From Nitrospirales bacterium (GTDB lineage Bacteria > Nitrospirota > Nitrospiria > Nitrospirales > UBA8639), in contig CBDCWC010000002.1 of assembly GCA_965223295.1 (NCBI GenBank), forward strand, positions 992,001-1,056,000: a DNA stretch of 64,000 nt, written 5' to 3'. This document shows, piece by piece, positions 55,991 through 64,000 of the stretch. A model generated the notes under the pieces. The model was not told the origin of the DNA, did not search any database, and saw nothing but the letters and a program-made list of their open reading frames with translations. Every line of letters starts with the position of its first letter. Positions within the stretch are counted from its first letter, which is position 1. A program made the translations under genes and the position numbers.

Positions 55991-57195
55991 TGCCTAGTTT
56001 TCATTACAGAGCTGCTCGTCCCGATGGAAGCATTATTGAAACAGATGCGGAAGGCGAGACTCCTCGTGCCATTCGTTCACAATTAGAATCTCAAGGCCTC
56101 TTAGTTCTTGATTTGAGTGGATCAGGAACAAGTCGCAGTCTCTCATTCACACAACGAAAACGTGCATTAGCCCCGCGGGACTTCCTGGTGTTCAATCAGG
56201 AATTTTTGGCATTAGTCAAAGCCGGATTGCCCATGTTGCGATGCTTTGATCTGCTAACCGACCGGATTGGACAGGGAGGGTTTCAGCAAGCCCTGCAGTC
56301 CGTGCGCGAAAGTATCCGAGGTGGAGCTTCTATATCCGAATCGATGGCCATGCACCCAACATATTTTCCTGAACTATATCAAGCGTCGCTCCGAGCCGGA
56401 GAGCAGGCAGGAAATTTGCCGGAAGTCCTAAAACGCTATATTGACTATTTAAAAATGCTTATCGGGGTCCGCGAGAAAGTGGTGAAAGCCACAATTTATC
56501 CTGTGTTTTTGTTAGGATTTGGTCTTTTGGTCACTTTGGGGCTGTTATTTTTCGTCCTCCCCTCATTCGCAGAAGTGTACAAAGAAAGTCGAGTGGAATT
56601 GCCTTGGGCGACACAATTGCTGTTGGACCTCACCAGTTCAGCAGGTCAATGGATTCCAATACTGTTCATCCTCCTGGGAATCACGGCCGTATGGTTTTAT
56701 TGGTGGCGAACGACTCCTCAAGGGCAATGGCGCCTGCATTGGTTGTTCCTCAATGCTCCCGTTTTCGGCCCATTGTTTTTGAAAAACCAGGTCATTCGTC
56801 TGACCAGAACCCTTTCCACCATTTTGGGCGGAGGCATTCCTTTATTATCCGCACTTGAAGTCACGGCTCAATCCATGCCCAATAAAGTCTTTGCAAAAGC
56901 CCTCAACGCGGTCATCACTCAAGTTCGAGAAGGCGCAAGCCTCTCTGCAGCCCTTAAGAAAGAAAAATTTCTTCCGAGTCTGACATTAGAAATGATCGAA
57001 GTCGGCGAAACAACCGGGTCACTAGAAACCATGTTGTTTGAGGTCGCAGAATTTCATGAGGGTGAATTAGACTTTGAATTGTCCCGCATGATGACCTGGA
57101 TTGAACCCATCTTCATCATTGCAATTGGTATCATTTTGGGCGGAGTCGTGATTGCCCTCTATCTTCCGATCTTTCAAATGGCCGGAGCTGTCTAA
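55990..57195 (+). CDS. GspF/PilC inner-membrane platform protein
   Basis: F.QE...LVKAGLP, AGEQAGNL, A.IYP, GE.TGSL, ALYLPIF. Confidence 0.93.
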   Translation: MPSFHYRAARPDGSIIETDAEGETPRAIRSQLESQGLLVLDLSGSGTSRSLSFTQRKRALAPRDFLVFNQEFLALVKAGLPMLRCFDLLTDRIGQGGFQQALQSVRESIRGGASISESMAMHPTYFPELYQASLRAGEQAGNLPEVLKRYIDYLKMLIGVREKVVKATIYPVFLLGFGLLVTLGLLFFVLPSFAEVYKESRVELPWATQLLLDLTSSAGQWIPILFILLGITAVWFYWWRTTPQGQWRLHWLFLNAPVFGPLFLKNQVIRLTRTLSTILGGGIPLLSALEVTAQSMPNKVFAKALNAVITQVREGASLSAALKKEKFLPSLTLEMIEVGETTGSLETMLFEVAEFHEGELDFELSRMMTWIEPIFIIAIGIILGGVVIALYLPIFQMAGAV

Positions 57196-57220
57196 CAACA
57201 GTCTTACTGAAAATATCGCT

Positions 57221-58951
57221 ATGACCACACCTGTTAAACGCTTGCCTTTCGAAGAGATCTTAGTCAAAAAAGGTCTGATCTTAGAGCGCGAAAAAGACAC
57301 GCTCCTGGAGACAGCCAAGACTTCCAACCAAACCCTCTCCTCGCTACTGCTGGAACGTGGCACCTTAACCGAAGACTCGATGGGACAAATATTGGCAGAC
57401 CAATATGGGTTACCTTGGAATGATCTACAAGAATTCCGAATCCCTGCTGGCCTCATGGAATCTATTCCGGTTGAACTCATGCACCGATATGAATTTGTCC
57501 CCATGGACAAGGAAGGGGACGTCCTCACGATTGCCATCGCCAAACCTCAAGATCTCCGGATGATTGATGAGTTGGAACACCAGCTAGGTTTTGAGTTGCA
57601 ATTAGTCATCTCCTCCAAATCGGCAATCCTCGATGCCCTAAGCAATAGTGAAGGAAACAGTCAAGTCCTCACCCGCATTAAAGCTGAATTAGATCCTGTA
57701 CTCATTAAAGAAGATGAAAAGGGTGAAGAAATTCTTTCCGTTGAACGGATTACCCAAGACCTCAGCCCCGTCGTCAAACTCGTCAATACGATTATTTTAA
57801 CCGCTCTCCAAAAGCAGGCGAGTGATATCCATATTGAGCCAACCGACAAATCGGTGGACGTCAAGTTTCGCATTGACGGTGTCCTCTATTTAGCCATGGA
57901 ACCGTTTGATACCGGGATACACCCTTCTTTGATATCCCGGCTCAAAATCATGTCCGAGCTGGACATTGCTGAACGTCGAACGCCGCAGGACGGCCGGTTT
58001 AAGTTATTGCTGAATCAGCGCACGATTGATTTTCGAGTCTCTATTCTCCCAAGTGTGTATGGCGAATCTGTGGTCATCCGAATTTTGGATAAACAACATG
58101 TCTCGGCTGGCGTCCAAGGTCTTCGTCTTGAAGCCTTAGGCTATACAGGTGAGGACCTTCGGCGATTTCGACGGGCCATTACCAGACCTTATGGCATGGT
58201 CTTAGTTACAGGGCCAACCGGAAGTGGAAAAACCACCACACTCTATGCGGCATTGAATGAAGTGCATAGTGATGAAGACAAAATCATCACAATTGAAGAT
58301 CCAGTGGAATATCAACTCAAAGGCATTGTGCAAATTCCGGTGAATGAGAAAAAGGGCTTGACCTTTGCTCGCGGACTACGTTCCATTTTACGGCATGATC
58401 CCGACAAAATCATGGTCGGAGAAATTCGCGATCTTGAAACCGCGCAAATCGCGATACAGTCGGCCTTGACGGGCCATTTGGTGTTCACGACCGTCCATGC
58501 GAATAACGCCTTTGATGTTCTGAGCCGCTTTGTCAACATGGGCATTGAATCCTATAATTTCGTGGCCTCTTTAAGCTGTATTCTGGCTCAACGGCTCGTG
58601 CGCTCTATTTGCTTGCATTGCCGAGTGCCCGTTGAAATTGACCCAGCTCAATGTCAAGAATCAGGGATTGAGTATGATAACGTGAAACACCATACGTTTT
58701 TTGAAGGAAAAGGATGCAATGAATGCAACGGCTTAGGATTTAGAGGTCGAAAAGCTATTACAGAATTTTTGGATATGCCCGATTCGATTAAAGAAATGGT
58801 GTTAAGCGGGAAATCGTCTTCTGAAATTCGAGTGACCGCGATCGCGCAAGGCATGACCTCCTTACGGCAAGCTGCATTAGAAAAGGTATTCCGGGGAGAG
58901 ACAACCCTGAAAGAAGCGAACCGCGTGACACCTGTTGAAGAAGTATTATGA
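57221..58951 (+). CDS. GspE/PilB assembly ATPase
   Basis: ASDIHIEP, LDIAERR.PQDGR, GPTGSGKTTTLY, LRHDPD.IMVGEIRD, tetracysteine motif. Confidence 0.95.
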   Translation: MTTPVKRLPFEEILVKKGLILEREKDTLLETAKTSNQTLSSLLLERGTLTEDSMGQILADQYGLPWNDLQEFRIPAGLMESIPVELMHRYEFVPMDKEGDVLTIAIAKPQDLRMIDELEHQLGFELQLVISSKSAILDALSNSEGNSQVLTRIKAELDPVLIKEDEKGEEILSVERITQDLSPVVKLVNTIILTALQKQASDIHIEPTDKSVDVKFRIDGVLYLAMEPFDTGIHPSLISRLKIMSELDIAERRTPQDGRFKLLLNQRTIDFRVSILPSVYGESVVIRILDKQHVSAGVQGLRLEALGYTGEDLRRFRRAITRPYGMVLVTGPTGSGKTTTLYAALNEVHSDEDKIITIEDPVEYQLKGIVQIPVNEKKGLTFARGLRSILRHDPDKIMVGEIRDLETAQIAIQSALTGHLVFTTVHANNAFDVLSRFVNMGIESYNFVASLSCILAQRLVRSICLHCRVPVEIDPAQCQESGIEYDNVKHHTFFEGKGCNECNGLGFRGRKAITEFLDMPDSIKEMVLSGKSSSEIRVTAIAQGMTSLRQAALEKVFRGETTLKEANRVTPVEEVL

Positions 58952-60129
58952 ACCTGACCCCAATAAAGAAACCCACTTTTGCGCTCTCCATTTCCGAAGA
59001 CGCCTTGTACTTAATTGAAGCCAAAAAATCCTGGGGGGCAACACGATTACGTCAAATAAGACAGGTCCCGCTGCCAGCAGGAGTTGTTCGCCTTTCCTCT
59101 GCAAAACTTAATATTGAACATGAAGAAACGTTTGTTGAACAATTACGCATTCTGGTCGAACCGCTAAAAAGGCCCCTTTCCATAGCGGTAAGCCTTCCCG
59201 ACCTCTGTGCCAGGACCAATGTGTTTGATTTTTCGACCTTTCCGTCGAAAAAAGCTGAGCAAACAGCTTTATTGACCTGGCGATTCCAACAAGACTTAAA
59301 ACTTGATACGGCTCAATCCCGCCTGTCCTATAGCACATATGCGTCAGAATCCCGTGTTGAGACGTCGAAAGGCAACAGTTCAAAAGAGGTTCGCGTCTTA
59401 GGAACAGCTTTACGCAACGAAATTGTCGAGCAATATGAACGGGTCTGCTTAGACGTCAACCTCATGCCCATTTCTATTAGCATTTCTGGTCTTGATATTT
59501 TCGATCTCTATCATGACACCATTCAACAAGCGTTAAAGGCCCACAACCGGGGAAGCCTCAAGTTTGCAACTGAAGGCATGTTTCTCTTTATTAGTCATTG
59601 GGGATTTACATTTCTGGCTTTCAATGAGGGATGTCCAAATTTCATCCGCACCAAAGCTATGAGTATTCGCCCAGATCCAAAAGGGGCCTTAGAGTTTATG
59701 ACGCTATCTGGACTGGAACAACAAGCAACTCCTTCTCAACACTCAGCAGAGACTAGGCAGACAGCAACTGAGCAACATTCGCAAACCGGAGAAAACCAGA
59801 CCATCCCCTATCCTCCTTATACGGCCAAAAAAGCGGAAAAAGAAATTTTGGCCACGCTTCAATATTATTTTGAAACCTTTCAGCAAGATGCTTCTCTCAT
59901 CTCGACAACCAATCTTTTTGTCGTCAGCGACTTGGAACATGGACATTTATTGTTGCCTGCTTTCGAGGATATGGAACAGACCGCAAAAGTCAGCGGATTG
60001 AACGCTTCACCTATCCACGTCACCCATCTCGCCTACCCTAAGCATTTGGCGAAAAAGAAACGCCGGGTCTCGCAAGAATCGACTATCTGGTCGGCTCTAC
60101 CCGGGTACGCGAGCCTGCAGGTGGCATGA
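58948..60129 (+). CDS. PilM-like protein (divergent)
   Basis: Position after the ATPase; LPAGVV...NI, VSLPD, WRF pattern. Confidence 0.65.
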   Translation: MNLTPIKKPTFALSISEDALYLIEAKKSWGATRLRQIRQVPLPAGVVRLSSAKLNIEHEETFVEQLRILVEPLKRPLSIAVSLPDLCARTNVFDFSTFPSKKAEQTALLTWRFQQDLKLDTAQSRLSYSTYASESRVETSKGNSSKEVRVLGTALRNEIVEQYERVCLDVNLMPISISISGLDIFDLYHDTIQQALKAHNRGSLKFATEGMFLFISHWGFTFLAFNEGCPNFIRTKAMSIRPDPKGALEFMTLSGLEQQATPSQHSAETRQTATEQHSQTGENQTIPYPPYTAKKAEKEILATLQYYFETFQQDASLISTTNLFVVSDLEHGHLLLPAFEDMEQTAKVSGLNASPIHVTHLAYPKHLAKKKRRVSQESTIWSALPGYASLQVA

Positions 60130-60728
60130 TGGTTCCACGAGTTCACCCCAACCTTTCTGCTCCTGGCATCAGACACCTCACGATGACCCAATTCTGGCTC
60201 AAGGTCATCATGGCAGTAGGCATTGCCCTTGCTCTATCTTTCTGGTGGCTGGGCTCTACGTTGCATGAACAAATCGATGCCCTAGAATACCAAACGAATG
60301 TAGTTCACTCACAAACAGCTCAAATGAAATCTGCCGCTCAATCAACTGGAATAGACTTGTCGAACCAAGCTATCCAAAACATTCCCGGGCAAATCTCCTT
60401 TGTGAAACTGGTGCGGGGACGCGTCGGTTTTTCATGGACACAATTGCTGAGTGACTTAGAAACCACCGTCCCAACAAACCTAATCATGAGCGCCGTCTCT
60501 CTGGATGAAAAAACTAACGTGGTTCTCCTCAACGGCTCAACCCCGTCACTTCAGGATTTAAATCAGCTCATTCATCAGTTGGAGCAACATCATGCATTTA
60601 ACGATGTCATCTTGACCCAGCATGCCAATAAAAAAAGGAAACAGACGAAAGGACACCCACCGATCACCTTTTCCATGAAAGTTTCCTATGATCCGAATCA
60701 TCGTCAGACAAAACCTCGTACCTCTTAA
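60126..60728 (+). CDS. PilN-like protein
   Basis: TM + coiled coil; FSWTQLL.DLE..VP, L..LE....F..V.L. Confidence 0.8.
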   Translation: MMVPRVHPNLSAPGIRHLTMTQFWLKVIMAVGIALALSFWWLGSTLHEQIDALEYQTNVVHSQTAQMKSAAQSTGIDLSNQAIQNIPGQISFVKLVRGRVGFSWTQLLSDLETTVPTNLIMSAVSLDEKTNVVLLNGSTPSLQDLNQLIHQLEQHHAFNDVILTQHANKKRKQTKGHPPITFSMKVSYDPNHRQTKPRTS

Positions 60729-60734
60729 AATATT

Positions 60735-61307
60735 ATGATTCCTCTACAAATATTTCAGCAATCTAAAACAACCCTCTTACTCTCACGGTATTTGATGCCT
60801 TTGCTTGGCTTGGCTGGACTGGCTACAGCAGCGGCGATTGCCATGTATGCACTGGTGTTGTACCCTGCACAAACCCAGTTTGAACAAGCGTCGGTAAACT
60901 TTCGTGACGCCCAACAGATCAACAAACAAACCCAAGTCGCCAAACAGACTCAAGTCATCATCAACACAACATGGAAGGGCCTTTCAAATTATCGAGAGTT
61001 CACAGATCTGAGTTTAGAGATCGCGGACTTGGCGAAACACAACCATGTGAGCATTCCTGGCATGGGCTATGACTTCAAACCTCTCTCCAATAAATTGGCC
61101 GCAAAAGGCACATTTGGCTTCGAAGCACAAGGCAAGTACGCATCTATACGTAAGTTTATTTACGAATTAGAAAAACGTTGGCCATACCTCTTTATTGAAA
61201 AATTGTCTGTGGAGCGTTCTAAGAAAAATCGAGGCGTGATCTTTAGAATGACTGTTTCCACATTTCTCAAAGAATTTCCACAAAACCTGAAGAAGTCAAA
61301 AGCCTGA
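60735..61307 (+). CDS. PilO/GspM-like protein
   Basis: TM + coiled coil; GKYASIRKFIYELE motif. Confidence 0.8.
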   Translation: MIPLQIFQQSKTTLLLSRYLMPLLGLAGLATAAAIAMYALVLYPAQTQFEQASVNFRDAQQINKQTQVAKQTQVIINTTWKGLSNYREFTDLSLEIADLAKHNHVSIPGMGYDFKPLSNKLAAKGTFGFEAQGKYASIRKFIYELEKRWPYLFIEKLSVERSKKNRGVIFRMTVSTFLKEFPQNLKKSKA

Positions 61308-61900
61308 TGACCAACCAACAAAAAGGACTCCTCCTCGTGGGATTGTTAGTCGCGTGGGGAGGCGTCACCATCTACCAAGTGTCTGATTTCTCCGGATCGA
61401 GTTCGACCTCACCTTCCTCAAACATGTCAACACAATTAACCAGCCTGCCTTCGATCAAAGAACTCTCTTTAGAGGAATCTTTTCCCAATTCAAGGAATTC
61501 TGTGACATTCACCCAACCACGTAACATTTTTGCTCCAATGAGGAAACGAAAAGTCGTTGTCAAGAAAAAGAAACCCAAGGAAACTTCATCATCAACACAG
61601 ACAATGGCAGCACTTCCTCAAACCCAACCTCCAAAAGGTCCTTCTCCTGAAGATCTTGCCGCGCAACGCGCACGACAACAACTCAACCAATTTCGCTTTC
61701 TGGGATATCTAAAGAAAGGAGGGGAAAGTCAGGCATTTCTCACCAAGGGACAAGCCATCTACATTGTGAAACAGGGAGAAATGCTGGACGGTCAGGTCCA
61801 AGTCAATAAAATCGAGCCTGAAACGATCGTTCTCTCGACTCAAGTTTGGGAAACCGGAAGCCAAGTTCAAGCCACTATTCCTCTAACACCGGAAACCTGA
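61307..61900 (+). CDS. Membrane-anchored PilP/GspC-like accessory protein
   Basis: RNIF motif; FRFLGYL....AFL....IYIVKQGE. Confidence 0.6.
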   Translation: MTNQQKGLLLVGLLVAWGGVTIYQVSDFSGSSSTSPSSNMSTQLTSLPSIKELSLEESFPNSRNSVTFTQPRNIFAPMRKRKVVVKKKKPKETSSSTQTMAALPQTQPPKGPSPEDLAAQRARQQLNQFRFLGYLKKGGESQAFLTKGQAIYIVKQGEMLDGQVQVNKIEPETIVLSTQVWETGSQVQATIPLTPET

Positions 61901-62005
61901 ATTTTACACCCGTAACATAGATATTTCCCCATGTACCCTGTTAAGCTTGGAGATGCTTCCATTCGGCAAACCACACAAAAAATGCCTTAATTTTCAAGCC
62001 ACAAT

Positions 62006-62195
62006 GGGAATGTTGAACCATGAAGATATCAAGAGCCATATTTCGCAGGAAGCCCTTGGCGATCAACAACATCGGATCGGTTCAAAAAAGTCCGTCCGGC
62101 AAGGCCACAGCCATGTTTGCGCGCGGAGGGTACTGGCACGACCTAAGCACAAAAAAATGGCGGGAACGCCGCTAGCAGCTTTTTTCAACAGACCC
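62006..62195 (+). mobile_element. MITE-like element, family B copy 4 (no nested insert)
   Basis: GGGAATGTTGAA...TTCAACAGACCC; ACAAT on both flanks (62001-05, 62196-200). Confidence 0.88.
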
Positions 62196-62198
62196 ACA

Positions 62199-62882
62199 AT
62201 GTATCCTCTTTTACTGCTAATCATAGGTATCATGATGTGGCCTTCCCAGGCATCCACCGCAATGTTTCGCTGCTATGATCAAGTGGGCTCACAAATCTTG
62301 ACCGATAATCCCGCCCAACTAACCGACTGTATACAACTGAAGTCCTCGATCATTTCATCATCCCAAGAATACCAAAATCTTCCCCAACCAGCCCCGGCTC
62401 CAGATGCCCTCCCTGCCCAAGGATATTCAGAATATTCTGAGCCCCAGACATCAGAACAACACAATCAAGGGCCACACTCCGAGACAGATCTGAACATTCC
62501 ACTAGAAAAAATTGGCGGCTCATTCATTGCTCAAGCCATCCTCAATAAGGGACGTGCCGCTAGACTGATCGTGGACACGGGAGCTTCGATGACCGTCCTG
62601 TCAACCAACATCGCCATTGATCTTGGCATTCTTGGAACAACTGATAATGAATTGCTCACGGTTAATACCGCTGGTGGTTCAGTACAAGTTAACATGAACT
62701 ATCTCCGCTCTCTCAATGTTGGAGAAGCAGAAGCCCAGCATGTCGCCGTGGCGATTCATGACCTCCCAGATATCCCTGAACAAATCGATGGTTTGTTAGG
62801 CATGTCTTTTCTGAAACATTTCCTGGTTACCTTAGACGCTGAGCATTCCCGCTTAATCCTTCGTTCTAAACCTACCCCCTAA
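62199..62882 (+). CDS. Exported retropepsin-like (clan AA) aspartic protease with DUF4124-like N-terminus
   Basis: Signal peptide MYPLLLLIIG; LIVDTGAS, TAGG, GLLGMSFL; the ORF-track extension from 61947 reads through the MITE. Confidence 0.88.
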   Translation: MYPLLLLIIGIMMWPSQASTAMFRCYDQVGSQILTDNPAQLTDCIQLKSSIISSSQEYQNLPQPAPAPDALPAQGYSEYSEPQTSEQHNQGPHSETDLNIPLEKIGGSFIAQAILNKGRAARLIVDTGASMTVLSTNIAIDLGILGTTDNELLTVNTAGGSVQVNMNYLRSLNVGEAEAQHVAVAIHDLPDIPEQIDGLLGMSFLKHFLVTLDAEHSRLILRSKPTP

Positions 62883-62948
62883 ACACAAATTTGCCCAATC
62901 GGGCAGTCTTCTTTCACAGCCAAAACGCAGCAACAGGAGAGAAAAGGT

Positions 62949-63983
62949 TTATTCTTGAGCAGGAAGGGGGGGAAGCGCGCCCAAATGAGAGAATGAATCA
63001 ACGTTCCGCAACAAAGAATCCTGTCGTAAGCGAAAGTCACCTTCCTCTACGTTCACAAAGCCTGGAGAAAGGTTGAGATCAGTGGCACCAGCACGTTCAG
63101 GAGCAGGAGTCTGCTTCGTTCCTTGCATCAGATAATTACCCTTGTTGTCGTACAGAGCATTAAACGCCAAGGTCGTCTGACTTTGTGGAGAAAAGACTAA
63201 CCCCGCCGTACTATAGCCAATAATATTGCCACGAACGTCAGCCGTTGCTTGATCCTGAAAAGCAATGCCGCCGCCATTTCGAACGAGGGTGTTCTGAATC
63301 ATCGTCGCTTTAGATTGATCTGTCATGAGCACGGCTTCAAAGAGACTATTCATGATGACGTTTTTTTGAAGCGTCACCTCTGAGATCCCTCCAAGAACGA
63401 CTCCATGATCGTTCCCATAAATCCTATTGCCTGTTAACCTCCCTGTTGAATTGGCAAAAGCTACGCCAGTCGTCTCGCTTTCCCCAATGATGCAATCTTC
63501 AAGGTGGACATTTTTTACTTGTTGACTAAAGATCATCCCCTCCACCCGTACCTGCTTGAGATGAACTCCGCTTCCATTAAAGATTCCAACACCCAACCCA
63601 CCATGCTGAATAACCGTCAAACCTTGTATCGTCACATTAGTAGCGCCGTATGGCCATTTGCCGATATGAAGTGAACCGACTCGTTTTTCTCCCAGGATGA
63701 TGACACGATCTAGCCCTTCGCCAATAATGCGTAAATGGTCTTTACTATGCACCGTGACATCTTCAGCATACCTCCCAGCCTTAATCAAAATGGTATCGCC
63801 AGATGAGGCCTGCTCAATAGCGTCTTGAATCAAGGTAAATTGCCCAGATCCATCTCGAGCCACATGCCAAACTTTTGCTGATTCAGTTGATGATTTTTGG
63901 GGGCTGGGAGAACTCGCCAACAGCCATCCAGGAAAGAAGAATATGATAGAAAGAACAACAAAAAGCAGAGGGATTTTTTTCAC
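62949..63983 (-). CDS. Exported right-handed parallel beta-helix protein (pectin-lyase-like fold)
   Basis: Signal peptide; IQDAI..A.SGDTI.I.AG.Y.E; repeated N.I..N turns; P.FV....GDFRL...S. Confidence 0.85.
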   Translation of the reverse strand: MKKIPLLFVVLSIIFFFPGWLLASSPSPQKSSTESAKVWHVARDGSGQFTLIQDAIEQASSGDTILIKAGRYAEDVTVHSKDHLRIIGEGLDRVIILGEKRVGSLHIGKWPYGATNVTIQGLTVIQHGGLGVGIFNGSGVHLKQVRVEGMIFSQQVKNVHLEDCIIGESETTGVAFANSTGRLTGNRIYGNDHGVVLGGISEVTLQKNVIMNSLFEAVLMTDQSKATMIQNTLVRNGGGIAFQDQATADVRGNIIGYSTAGLVFSPQSQTTLAFNALYDNKGNYLMQGTKQTPAPERAGATDLNLSPGFVNVEEGDFRLRQDSLLRNVDSFSHLGALPPLPAQE

Positions 63984-64000
63984 AATACATGACGAAATGT

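Noticed and set aside
61947-62198. 84-aa N-terminal extension of the aspartic protease ORF
   Set aside because: Reads through MITE copy B4; the signal peptide begins at ATG 62199
1-64000. CRISPR array or cas operon
   Set aside because: No regularly spaced 23-50 bp repeats; the TM0106 nuclease is only Cas4-like and stands alone

Overview
Bacterial chromosomal window, most likely from a Nitrospira-like nitrite oxidiser (Nitrospirales). This assignment is inferred from gene content and protein style, not from a database search. It is mostly housekeeping and energy genes: BicA-like SulP, nirK, DsbA, proC, a degP-tatC-mrp-moeA-mobB-hexaheme cytochrome-ABC run, tRNA-Thr(UGU), oligoendopeptidase F, hemE-hemG-acylphosphatase-apt-dksA-queC, a two-subunit biotin carboxylase (pyruvate or 2-oxoglutarate type), tenA, and a T2SS/T4P-like cluster whose secretin carries TPR and cohesin-like domains. 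Accessory DNA comprises one intact IS3-family element with a 4-bp TSD and a decayed vapBC locus downstream of the tRNA. The most notable unexplained structure is a set of six short palindromic elements in two families. They share an ERIC-like core with compensatory base changes, all lie in the sense of local transcription, three end 1-8 nt before a start codon, two carry a nested 34-bp hairpin, and one splits the vapC pseudogene with a target duplication. There is also a dense TCTAGA/CTAG cluster just downstream of the tRNA. No CRISPR array or rRNA was seen.
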